Positions 11,253-19,695 of a DNA stretch of 64,000 bases are shown one piece after another. Under the pieces are notes generated by a model. That model had not been told where the DNA came from and searched no databases. It saw nothing but the letters and a program-made list of their open reading frames with translations. The DNA is taken from positions 154,697-218,696 of the forward strand of contig CAZPYM010000002.1 of the NCBI GenBank assembly GCA_964590105.1, given 5' to 3'. The stretch's first letter is position 1, and each line of letters opens with the position of its first letter. This DNA is from an uncultured Gammaproteobacteria bacterium. GTDB taxonomy: Bacteria; Patescibacteriota; Patescibacteriia; UBA11705; JABHMO01. A program made the translations under genes and the position numbers.

Positions 11253-11900
11253 ATGAAAAAGGGAACAATCATTCTTCTCGCAGTGCTCGGAGTCTTCATT
11301 CTCGGCGGTGTGTCCATGTGCAGTTCTGTGGTGGGCGTGTGGAACACGCTCAACAGCAACTACCAGGGCGTGCAGGCCGGCAAATCGCACTACGGTGCGG
11401 CGCTCGACATCGTGCCGGAAAAGATCAAGGGAGTGTGGCAGCTCTCTGATCAGTATTTGGATCACGAATCCGACACATTCAAGATGGTGGCGGCGGCTAG
11501 GAGCGGACTGCTCCAATCCATCGATGGTTTCAAAAAGGCTGAGCAGGGCGGCGCTTCTGATGCGGACATGCTGAAGAATGGCCAGGGCGTCATGGACATG
11601 TTCAACAAGTTCAAGGATGCTAGCCTGGCAGTCAATGTGCAGATCGAGGCCTATCCGCAGCTTCGTGGCGCGGAAACAACCAAGACGGCCATGCGGGCAG
11701 TCGAGGAAGGCGTCAATGAAATCAAGACGGCGCTGGACGACTGGATCGCGTCCATCAAGGTGTACAATGAGTATCGCGGCAGCGCCTGGCCATCCATTCT
11801 TGGAGGATTTATGGCCAAGTTCCCGGTCGAGATTCCCTACTACGAAGCGGAAAGGACAAAGCTCAATATCGATGAGCTGAATCCAAAAAGCAACAAGTAG
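11253..11900 (+). CDS. lemA: LemA family protein
   Basis: N-terminal TM, HESDTFKMVAAARS, IEAYPQLRG and YNEY...WPS; AAGGAGG SD. Confidence 0.85.
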   Translation: MKKGTIILLAVLGVFILGGVSMCSSVVGVWNTLNSNYQGVQAGKSHYGAALDIVPEKIKGVWQLSDQYLDHESDTFKMVAAARSGLLQSIDGFKKAEQGGASDADMLKNGQGVMDMFNKFKDASLAVNVQIEAYPQLRGAETTKTAMRAVEEGVNEIKTALDDWIASIKVYNEYRGSAWPSILGGFMAKFPVEIPYYEAERTKLNIDELNPKSNK

Positions 11901-12063
11901 CGCCCTCGTGCGCTAAATAAAAATATCTTCCAGAGAACGTTCTGGGAGATTTTTTGTTAGACAAAGAAGCTTAATTTGAACTAAAATCGCGCGCCATTGA
12001 CATTTCTATATAATTTTGCTATAGTTAATTGTTGTCATTTGACAATTTAACGGAGGTGGAGAC

Positions 12064-12597
12064 ATGGTTACTCTAGCAATCATTTTCGTCGTTGGGCTGT
12101 TTGGATTGGCCGCGAGCCTTTGTTATTTGTTTTTTAGCAACAGAGTACATTCGGGCGTCAGCCTGGCGATAATTTCCTTGCTTGCTTCTCTTTTGATTCT
12201 GTTATTTGCCGGCTTTAATCTGATTAGTCAGAATCTTGATCTTAAGTCGGAGGAGGAAAGTCCGCGCGTCGAGGAAGGTGAGCCAGTTGAGCTGAATCCT
12301 TCGGGTTGCGTGCTTGAATGGAAAGATTTGCGAATCGTAGGAAACTACGGCGCGATCACGGTTGCAAATAAGTCGAATGCCGACGTTGAAGTCTGGGTGT
12401 CTGCGACCGGCATGAGCCTACAGGCAAAGCTGGAACCCAAGCGCGGCATCCGTCTTCGTTCCGGCGTGAGGTTTCCGGAAACAGACATGGCCTGGACAGT
12501 GAAGCTCTCGACCGGCGAGAGCCGAAGCTTCGACTTCTTGAATTGTTTGCCGCTTGCTTGCGATCTTCAACCAGCATATGGGCTGGAACGGGAATAG
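12064..12597 (+). CDS. Hypothetical membrane-anchored protein
   Basis: TTGACA-17-TATAGT promoter (11997-12025), GGAGGTG SD, two N-terminal TMs. Confidence 0.75.
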   Translation: MVTLAIIFVVGLFGLAASLCYLFFSNRVHSGVSLAIISLLASLLILLFAGFNLISQNLDLKSEEESPRVEEGEPVELNPSGCVLEWKDLRIVGNYGAITVANKSNADVEVWVSATGMSLQAKLEPKRGIRLRSGVRFPETDMAWTVKLSTGESRSFDFLNCLPLACDLQPAYGLERE

Positions 12598-12606
12598 GAG
12601 GACAAC

Positions 12607-12900
12607 ATGGGCGAAATATTCCTGCTGTGGTTTGGCCGTTTGTGCCTGCTGTTGGTAGGGCTGGCGGTTGTCTGGTGGTTCAGGCAGTCGTGCGGAGACA
12701 TTTGGTCAAGCGTTGAAGAACGGATTCCAGTTTTGGCGCTCGGCCTTTTCGCTCTGGTGATTTGCGCGCTGACCTTTGCACCGCCTCGAATCAACTATTT
12801 GAAGTATCCGCCGGTAATCAGAGCCATGAACGCGCCGGCGCCTGATCAGATCTCACGATGTCTTGAAGGGAAAATCAACATTCCGATTTGTCGGAAATAG
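12607..12900 (+). CDS. Small hypothetical membrane protein
   Basis: AGGAGG SD, two TMs, operonic spacing. Confidence 0.65.
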   Translation: MGEIFLLWFGRLCLLLVGLAVVWWFRQSCGDIWSSVEERIPVLALGLFALVICALTFAPPRINYLKYPPVIRAMNAPAPDQISRCLEGKINIPICRK

Positions 12901-12910
12901 AAGGGGGCCC

Positions 12911-13180
12911 ATGGTTTCCATGTATATTACTCTTGCGTGGTTAATGATCATTGTGACTTTGTTTTTGGCTTTGGGCGCGTGGAGCTATTGGAGTGAACCG
13001 CCCGAACCGGCAAAAGCAATTTTTTGCGGATTGCTGGCGACAGCACTCCTTCTCCTGGCTGGAGTTTTCTTTGTGCGCGCGCAGAATGAGCAGAAAAAGA
13101 TAAAGGCGGCTATGCTAGAGGTGGAAGACACCGTCATCCATGAAGACCTGCTGGACGTCAAAAGCAGGCAACTTCCATAA
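12911..13180 (+). CDS. Small hypothetical membrane protein
   Basis: AAGGGGG before ATG 12911, two TMs, followed by a terminator. Confidence 0.6.
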   Translation: MVSMYITLAWLMIIVTLFLALGAWSYWSEPPEPAKAIFCGLLATALLLLAGVFFVRAQNEQKKIKAAMLEVEDTVIHEDLLDVKSRQLP

Positions 13181-13193
13181 TTCAATGAATAAA

Positions 13194-13224
13194 AACTTCC
13201 CGAACGCATTCGGGAGTTTTTTTT
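13194..13224 (+). terminator. Intrinsic terminator, copy 2 of the 6817 direct repeat
   Basis: ccgaacgcattcgggagtttttt identical to 6822-6844. Confidence 0.85.
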
Positions 13225-13251
13225 GTTACGAATTACGAATCTGCTACGAAT

Positions 13252-14196
13252 CTACGTATCACTATTAATAATAATACTTGCGGTTGAGTTCCATTTTTGA
13301 AGGATTTCCAGCCGCGTATCTTTGTCGTGGAATTTCAACACTTTGTCGTTGATAACAACGTTGGTGTTGTTTTGCTTTGCCAGTTCGCGCAAGTGACGAG
13401 GAAGAACTTTTAGCTGAAATTTTTTAGCCAGAGATTCAGCCCAAAAAAATAATTTGCAATTTAGAGCGCCTTCGGAAATTTTTTGAGTCAGTGGCCGCGC
13501 CTTGATCTGCCAGCGGGCATTTGTTTGCACGGGAAAATAATTTGGCAGATATTTTTTGGTCCAAATATTGGCCTGAAAAAAGTTGTTGATTAATTCCGGT
13601 CGGCCGCAAACCGGCACGAATTGGTTTAGCCAGTAAATAAAGTGTACGTCATTTTCATAAGCCAGCGACTGGAGATTTAAATTGTCTTCGGTAATGTAAA
13701 AGCTCAGACAGATTTTGTCTTTTTGTGATTTGACGGTCGGTCTTTGGCGGAGCAATTTCATGGCCAAAACGCAAAAAAGTCTGGCGGTCCAGATTTTATT
13801 TCTGGCGCAAATAATTGTCAGGTCGATGTCGCTGCCTTCGCGCGCGTTTTGATAAGCCAGATTATTGCAAATAAAAATTGCCCGAACATAGGGCAGTCGA
13901 TTGAGTAGCTGGATATATTTTTTTGCTTTTTTTATTTTCGCCTGGGCCAGTAAATATTTTTTCTTTCTTTCAAAAACAATATTGTCCTTGCGTTTTAAAA
14001 AATAAAATCCTTCGTTTGAGCCGAGGATTTTTTCATTAAGCAGATTATCCAGAGCGAAATTAACTTCATTTAGGGAATAATTTGTTTCCGGCTGCCAGAG
14101 ATTTTTCCATATTTCCCAGCCGGTCAGAGGAAAATCAAAAATATTAAAATACGAAATGGTTCTTAAGATTGTTTTTTCTAGGCTTCTCTCTTGCAT
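13252..14196 (-). CDS. Nucleotidyltransferase-like conserved protein
   Basis: PYVRAIFICNNLA...GSDIDL resembles a degenerate pol-beta NTase motif. Confidence 0.6.
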   Translation of the reverse strand: MQERSLEKTILRTISYFNIFDFPLTGWEIWKNLWQPETNYSLNEVNFALDNLLNEKILGSNEGFYFLKRKDNIVFERKKKYLLAQAKIKKAKKYIQLLNRLPYVRAIFICNNLAYQNAREGSDIDLTIICARNKIWTARLFCVLAMKLLRQRPTVKSQKDKICLSFYITEDNLNLQSLAYENDVHFIYWLNQFVPVCGRPELINNFFQANIWTKKYLPNYFPVQTNARWQIKARPLTQKISEGALNCKLFFWAESLAKKFQLKVLPRHLRELAKQNNTNVVINDKVLKFHDKDTRLEILQKWNSTASIIINSDT

Positions 14197-14486
14197 ACGC
14201 TGGCGGCTTCTTCCATGGGCGCGCGTTCGGGCTGTTTCATCGCATGTCTGATCTGGCTGGCCTCGACATTGTCTTCCACGATGACTTTTTCTCCGGTGAT
14301 TTTTACAATTTGCTCGGGCGCGATCAGTAGTTCCGAGCTGGTGGCAAAGAATTTGCTTTTGACTACAATATATTTGGAAATGCTGTGTCCGTCAATTTCA
14401 ATTGACAGATCGCAAACCCGGCCCAATAAAATTCCACTTTGAGTTTCCACGGGAAGCTTTTTTAGCTTACTGTAGTGAAGTTGCAT
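14178..14486 (-). CDS. PRC-barrel domain protein
   Basis: LPVETQSGILLGRVCDLSI...LLIAPEQIVKITGEKVIV. Confidence 0.8.
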   Translation of the reverse strand: MQLHYSKLKKLPVETQSGILLGRVCDLSIEIDGHSISKYIVVKSKFFATSSELLIAPEQIVKITGEKVIVEDNVEASQIRHAMKQPERAPMEEAASVCKREA

Positions 14487-14538
14487 AGTTGCCAAATTAC
14501 CTGATTACTTAATTACCAAAGTACTCATTAATTAAGTT

Positions 14539-15372
14539 TTATTCTTTAAGTTGTTTGGGGTCGCCGTGGTCGCCGGTATTTGTGTTTTCCTTGGAGTCTG
14601 AATCTGCGGTTTGTTTCTTCTCCTCGAATTTGTTTTTCGGCGGAATAATTTCCATAGCAGCTGGCGCGTCTTTTTTGAACATGAACTTTTGCTGAATGCT
14701 GGTAAAGACAGTTGTCAAAAACCAATAAAAGGTTAAGCCGCCCGGGAGGCTCATGCCAATTAAAATTGTCATGAAGGGCATGAAGTATTGCATGCTTTTA
14801 TTCATGTTGGCCAACATTCCTTCGTCTTTTGCTCCCTTGTCTTTGATCTTTGGTTTTTTGGTGGAAAGCATCTGTGTCTGAATGTATTGAGCCGCGCCTG
14901 CCAAAATAGCCAGACCGAGACTCGGCACGGCCATATCCAGAAAACCAAAAGCGATTGGATTAATGTGCCCCGGGTTTTTTACAAATGAATAAAGCAGTTC
15001 AAAATGTTCGCTGGTCAGACCAACTCGAAAGGCGCGGTAAACAGCAATTAAAAATGGAAACTGGATCAGGAGCGGCAGGCAGGAAGATAGAGGATTGACC
15101 TTTTGCTCTTTGTAAAGCTTCATGGTTTCAGCCGCCAGTTTTTCTTTGCTGTCTTTGTACTGTTTTTTTAGGGCATCCATTTTTGGCTGGAGATCCTGAA
15201 GCGTCTTTTGCGAACGAACCGCTTGCAGACTTAGGGGCATCAAAACCAGCTTGATTAAAACTGTAAGACAGATAATAGCCAGCCCGATATCATTGCCCGG
15301 AACAATATTATAAAAATAAATCAGTAAATTGTATATTGGTTCGTAAAGAATAGTATTAAATAGTTGAATCAT
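14539..15372 (-). CDS. yidC: Membrane protein insertase YidC/Oxa1
   Basis: GLAIICLTVLIKLVLMPL, LQPKM, LYKEQKVNPLSSCLPLLIQFP and GLTFYW. Confidence 0.96.
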   Translation of the reverse strand: MIQLFNTILYEPIYNLLIYFYNIVPGNDIGLAIICLTVLIKLVLMPLSLQAVRSQKTLQDLQPKMDALKKQYKDSKEKLAAETMKLYKEQKVNPLSSCLPLLIQFPFLIAVYRAFRVGLTSEHFELLYSFVKNPGHINPIAFGFLDMAVPSLGLAILAGAAQYIQTQMLSTKKPKIKDKGAKDEGMLANMNKSMQYFMPFMTILIGMSLPGGLTFYWFLTTVFTSIQQKFMFKKDAPAAMEIIPPKNKFEEKKQTADSDSKENTNTGDHGDPKQLKE

Positions 15373-15431
15373 AGAAAATCTTGGTTAGCCCGCGCCTAGA
15401 AAGCACTGCGTTTTGTTTTTGTTTAAAGCTT

Positions 15432-16838
15432 TTATTCTGCAATAGGGATTTCTTCCTGCGGAGTGTCAGCTGTTTTAGCCGGTTTGGCCTTTTTTTTGGC
15501 AGGGGTTTTTTTCTTTTTCTTTGGTTTTTCCTCTTTTACTTCCTCTTCCGTCGCTTTTTGTTCCGGCTCTTCCCCAGGCAGCGCTCCTTCGATTTTTACT
15601 TCTCCTTCCGGTGTTGCTTCGGCGATTTCTGTTTCCGCTTCTAATTCTTTTATGTTAATTTTCCAGCCGGTTAGCCTCGAAGCAAGGCGGACATTTTGTC
15701 CGGCGCGTCCGATAGTCAGAGAAAGCTGATCTTGAGGAACAGTGACAATCGCGGTTTTTTCTTTTTCATCCAGTTCAACTCTGGTGATTTTTGCGGGAAG
15801 CAGGGCATTGGCCAGATATTTTACGGGATTGTCATTATATTCAATGATATCGATTTTTTCACCGCCAAGTTCATGAATGATCGTTTGTATTCTGGCGCCT
15901 CTCTGGCCAATACAAGATCCAATCGGATCAATAGACTCGTCATCAGTATGAACAGCGATCTTTGTGCGACTGCCGGCCTCCCTGGCAATTGTTTTGATGG
16001 TGATGACGCCGCTTGCAACTTCCGGAATTTCCAGTGAGAAAAGCATTTTTACAATTTCAGGATGCGCGCGCGAAACAATTATTTCTGGACCGCGGGTGGT
16101 TAGAGAAACGCTTTCAATATATACTTTGACGCGATCGCCGATTTTGTAGCGTTCAGTGCGGATTTGTTCCTGAGGTGGCAGAATGGCGGAAGTTTTGTCG
16201 AGATCAATTATAACATTGCGGCCGTCAAATTTTTGGACCATGCCCGTGACTATTAATCCTTGTTTTTCTTTGTACTCCTGATATACCACGTTTCTTTCAG
16301 CTTCACGCAGTTTCTGAATAATCACCTGCTTGGCTGTCTGCGCGGCCATGCGACCAAAGTCGCCGGGAATTTCAAGTTTAGTTTTGACAAAGTCGCCGAT
16401 TTTATAACTTTTTTTTATTTGTTTTGCGTCTGACAATTGGATCTCAGTGCGCGGATTAAAATGTCTGGCTTCCTCATCTTCGCCAAGCTCTGCCTGCTCT
16501 CGTTCTGTTTCCGCGGCGCGATCTTCTCTTATCTTTTTTAACTCTTCGGCAGTAATTTCGCCTTTGGTGATTTTTTCTTTTAATTCTTCTCTTTCCAGTT
16601 TTATTCTTTCCATCTCGGCCAATTCTTCCGGCGTCAAATCTTCCACTATTTCCTTGACGTCAAAGATTTTGATTTTATTGGTTTCCAAATCAAATTCAGC
16701 CTGAATGTTTTGTGTCTTGTCGCCAAAATCTTTTCGGAAAGCTGCAGCAAGGGCGGAGTTTATTGTTTCCAAAACAGAGTCTTCGCTAAGACCTTTTTCA
16801 GCGCAAATTTGTTTTACGACTTGCTTGATATTATCCAT
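15432..16838 (-). CDS. nusA: Transcription factor NusA
   Basis: FGRMAAQTAKQVIIQKLREAER, AREAGSRTKIAV and IGRAGQNVRLASRLTGW. Confidence 0.99.
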   Translation of the reverse strand: MDNIKQVVKQICAEKGLSEDSVLETINSALAAAFRKDFGDKTQNIQAEFDLETNKIKIFDVKEIVEDLTPEELAEMERIKLEREELKEKITKGEITAEELKKIREDRAAETEREQAELGEDEEARHFNPRTEIQLSDAKQIKKSYKIGDFVKTKLEIPGDFGRMAAQTAKQVIIQKLREAERNVVYQEYKEKQGLIVTGMVQKFDGRNVIIDLDKTSAILPPQEQIRTERYKIGDRVKVYIESVSLTTRGPEIIVSRAHPEIVKMLFSLEIPEVASGVITIKTIAREAGSRTKIAVHTDDESIDPIGSCIGQRGARIQTIIHELGGEKIDIIEYNDNPVKYLANALLPAKITRVELDEKEKTAIVTVPQDQLSLTIGRAGQNVRLASRLTGWKINIKELEAETEIAEATPEGEVKIEGALPGEEPEQKATEEEVKEEKPKKKKKTPAKKKAKPAKTADTPQEEIPIAE

Positions 16839-17148
16839 ATTGTTACGAATTACTAATCAGCTACGAATCTACGAATGGCTATGAATGTTGATAGCGATTT
16901 TGTAAAATAGTAGGTGAATTTATAATTGGTGGTTTTAAAAAAAACACTAGTTTAATTATCATAAACTAGCTTACTATGAAAGTATAGCAGGCTAATTAAA
17001 TTTTGTCCATAATGAAAGGTCTTGTCAAGCGGATTTAATTGTGTTAAAGTAGTTCTAGTTTAATAAATTAAGGGTATTCTGCGTTACGACCATTAATTTT
17101 AGCGAACTTCTATTTTGCTAGAATTACAGAATATCAACTCATTTTCAT

Positions 17149-17673
17149 ATGTCACAGCATTATGAATTAGTCTACATTGTCCCGATTAAATATTTGGACG
17201 ATGAGCTGCAAACGATTACTCAGTCAGTAAATGGACTAATTAAGAAATTTGTCGGAGAAATTGTTCTGGAAAGTTCATTGGGTCGACAACGCCTAGCCTA
17301 TCCCATTAATCAAGTTCATCAGGGCACTTACAATGTTGTTGAATTTGATATGAACGAAGAAGAGATAAAAAAGTTCAGCCGGGAACTCGGCATGGTGCCG
17401 GAAGTTTTGCGCTTTTTAATTATTTGCAAAAAGGTAAAGACTGAAAAGGAAATCAAAAAAGAAGAGCAAATTAAAGCCGGGATGAGGCGCGCCAAAGAAG
17501 AAGAGTTGGCCAAGATAGAAGAAGAAGACAAGGGCGGAATGAAAAAACTGGCCGAAGCGCCAACCCCGACTGCAGAATCAAAGCCGGAGAAAATAAAACA
17601 AGAAGCCAAAAAAACTTCCCTTGAAGAGTTGGACAAAAAATTAGACGAAATTTTGAGCGACGATATATTATAA
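17149..17673 (+). CDS. rpsF: 30S ribosomal protein S6 with long charged C-tail
   Basis: HYELVYIV, LGRQRLAYPI and VLRFLI; rpsF-ssb-rpsR synteny. Confidence 0.95.
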   Translation: MSQHYELVYIVPIKYLDDELQTITQSVNGLIKKFVGEIVLESSLGRQRLAYPINQVHQGTYNVVEFDMNEEEIKKFSRELGMVPEVLRFLIICKKVKTEKEIKKEEQIKAGMRRAKEEELAKIEEEDKGGMKKLAEAPTPTAESKPEKIKQEAKKTSLEELDKKLDEILSDDIL

Positions 17674-17678
17674 TAAAT

Positions 17679-17743
17679 AGTAAGTAGTGAGTAGTGAGTA
17701 GTAAGTAGTGAGTTAACTCACCACTCACCACTCACCATTCACC
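17679..17743. repeat. Inverted pair of heptamer tandem arrays
   Basis: (AGTRAGT)x5, then TA, then (AYTCACC)x4. Confidence 0.85.
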
Positions 17744-17750
17744 AAATCAT

Positions 17751-18233
17751 ATGGATTTAAACAGAGCCATGATTATTGGGCGCCTGACTCGTGATCCGGA
17801 GGCGCGAACTACACCGCAGGGGACAGCGGTTGCCAGTTTTTCAGTAGCTACAAATTTTATCTGGGTTGATCAAAACGGCCAGCGCCAGGAAAAAGTCGAG
17901 TATCACAATGTGGTTGTTTGGCGCAAGCTGGCCGACATTTGCACTCAATATTTGCGCAAGGGAAGCAAGGTTTATCTGGACGGCCGTCTGCAAACGCGCG
18001 ATTGGGAAGGGCAGGATGGCGTCAAGAGGTATCGGACTGAAATCGTTGCTGACAACATGATCATGCTTGACCGAGCTGATGCCGGGTCTCGTCCAGCCAC
18101 TCCATTTTCAGCGCCGACAGCACCGGTTAGCGGGCCTCAGATTTCAGAGTTTCCTGGCACGGAAATTCCAGTGAGCGGTAGCGAGAGCGATAACGCAGAT
18201 GACGAAATTAAAATTGAAAACATTCCATTCTAA
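17751..18233 (+). CDS. ssb: Single-stranded DNA-binding protein
   Basis: LNRAMIIGRLTRDPE...GRLQTRDWE; C-terminal IPF. Confidence 0.99.
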   Translation: MDLNRAMIIGRLTRDPEARTTPQGTAVASFSVATNFIWVDQNGQRQEKVEYHNVVVWRKLADICTQYLRKGSKVYLDGRLQTRDWEGQDGVKRYRTEIVADNMIMLDRADAGSRPATPFSAPTAPVSGPQISEFPGTEIPVSGSESDNADDEIKIENIPF

Positions 18234-18339
18234 TTAAATTCAGGACAGGGAATTTATACCGGATAATAATACATTGATCCGGTCTGGCGGGAAGATTTTC
18301 TTTCCCCCAGTTCAAATGAAATCCCGGTTCTCTGATAAT

Positions 18340-18564
18340 ATGAAACCCACTACTCAAATCAAGGAAAAGAAATGTTATTTTTGCGACAACGGAATCAAGG
18401 AAATAGATTACAAAGATGGTCAGACACTCCGGAAATTTATTTCTTCTTACGCAAAGATAATGCCACGCCGAAGAACAAGACTTTGTTCCAAGCACCAACG
18501 AAAAATCGCCATGGCCATCAAACGCGCGCGCATTATGGCGATACTTCCTTTTGTAAACCGTTAA
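18340..18564 (+). CDS. rpsR: 30S ribosomal protein S18
   Basis: CYFC...IDYKD...KIMPRRRT...HQRKIAMAIKRAR. Confidence 0.97.
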   Translation: MKPTTQIKEKKCYFCDNGIKEIDYKDGQTLRKFISSYAKIMPRRRTRLCSKHQRKIAMAIKRARIMAILPFVNR

Positions 18565-18650
18565 AATGCTTGATTTACTGATTTATTACGTGATATTACT
18601 GATTAGATATCGCGTAGTATCAGTTAAAATCATGTAGATCAAGTTTTTTT

Positions 18651-19214
18651 ATGCTAGACATTAGTCAAATTCGCCTTGGATCTGTAGTAAAGCACGATGG
18701 TGAACCATATGTGGTTACCTTGTGTAATCAAAAACAGGTCGGACGTGGCGGATCAATCAAAACAATAAAAATTAAAAACCTGATTTCCGGAAAAGTTCTG
18801 GAAAAAACTATTCAGGGCAATGAAAAAATGGCTGAGGCGGACTTGTCTCGTGGCCAAGCCACTTATTTATATTCTGACGGCGGCGAGGCGCATTTCATGG
18901 ATGCGGAAAGTTTTGAGCAGTTTAGTTTAAATAAGGAGAACATCGGCGCCGGAATTAATTTTTTAAAAGACGGAACAGAAGTTACTGTTTTGACTTTTGA
19001 AAGCAGGCCCGTCGCTATTCAGGTGCCGGTAAAAGTTGAATTGCGGGTGGAATCAGCTCCGCCGGCTGTCAAAGGCGACACCGCCGGAACCGCTACGAAA
19101 ACCATTACCCTTGAAACCGGCTATGAAGTCAATGCCCCGTTATTTATAAAAGAAGGCGATATAGTGAGAATCAATACGGAAACCGGGGGGTATGTAGAGA
19201 GAGTGAAAAGTTAA
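18651..19214 (+). CDS. efp: Elongation factor P
   Basis: GRGG loop, PAVKGDTA and LETGYEVNAPLFIKEGD...YVER. Confidence 0.98.
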   Translation: MLDISQIRLGSVVKHDGEPYVVTLCNQKQVGRGGSIKTIKIKNLISGKVLEKTIQGNEKMAEADLSRGQATYLYSDGGEAHFMDAESFEQFSLNKENIGAGINFLKDGTEVTVLTFESRPVAIQVPVKVELRVESAPPAVKGDTAGTATKTITLETGYEVNAPLFIKEGDIVRINTETGGYVERVKS

Positions 19215-19309
19215 AAGGTAAAAGTTGAAATCCGAAAGTTGAAGGTTGAAAGATTGAAGTTGAGGGTCATGACTGTAGTAATTAAAAAAAGAAGATAAAA
19301 AAACATACA

Positions 19310-19342
19310 AAAACAACGCTCTCGCTCGGAGTGTTGTTTTTT
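19310..19342. repeat. Terminator-like hairpin, family T2 copy 1
   Basis: aaaacaacgctctcgctcggagtgttgtttttt; near-identical to the copies at 19657 and 21442. Confidence 0.85.
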
Positions 19343-19410
19343 AATCTTGACAAAGTTAATAACTTTTGCTATACTTTTTTGTTCTGCAATTGGCAAACCA
19401 GGAGGAGAGA

Positions 19411-19650
19411 ATGGCTGAAATTACGCGCTTCGGAATAGACATAGCGGTCAATACTCATTTGGATGGCACGCGCATTCATTACCTGTTTGCGCAGGTTGTG
19501 CCGCAATTGAAGACTGATGATTCCGGAAACGTTGTGCCGGAACAGATTGAAAATTTCAGAAAATCTCTCCGCGCCGCCTCGCGTGAGGCGCCGGATGAAG
19601 TCACGGCAATGAAGTGCCGAAAGTTGTTGGCGTTCTTACGCCAATTCTAA
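19411..19650 (+). CDS. Small hypothetical protein
   Basis: TTGACA-17-TATACT (19347-19375), AGGAGGAGAGA SD, flanked by T2 hairpins. Confidence 0.75.
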   Translation: MAEITRFGIDIAVNTHLDGTRIHYLFAQVVPQLKTDDSGNVVPEQIENFRKSLRAASREAPDEVTAMKCRKLLAFLRQF

Positions 19651-19656
19651 AACCAA

Positions 19657-19695
19657 TCAAAACAACACCCGCGCACGGAGTGTTGTTTTTTTGTT
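19657..19695. repeat. Terminator-like hairpin, family T2 copy 2
   Basis: tcaaaacaacacccgcgcacggagtgttgtttttttgtt. Confidence 0.85.

Noticed and set aside
6845-13193. Prophage or transposon
   Set aside because: No integrase, transposase, replication or virion genes, and no terminal inverted repeats were seen.
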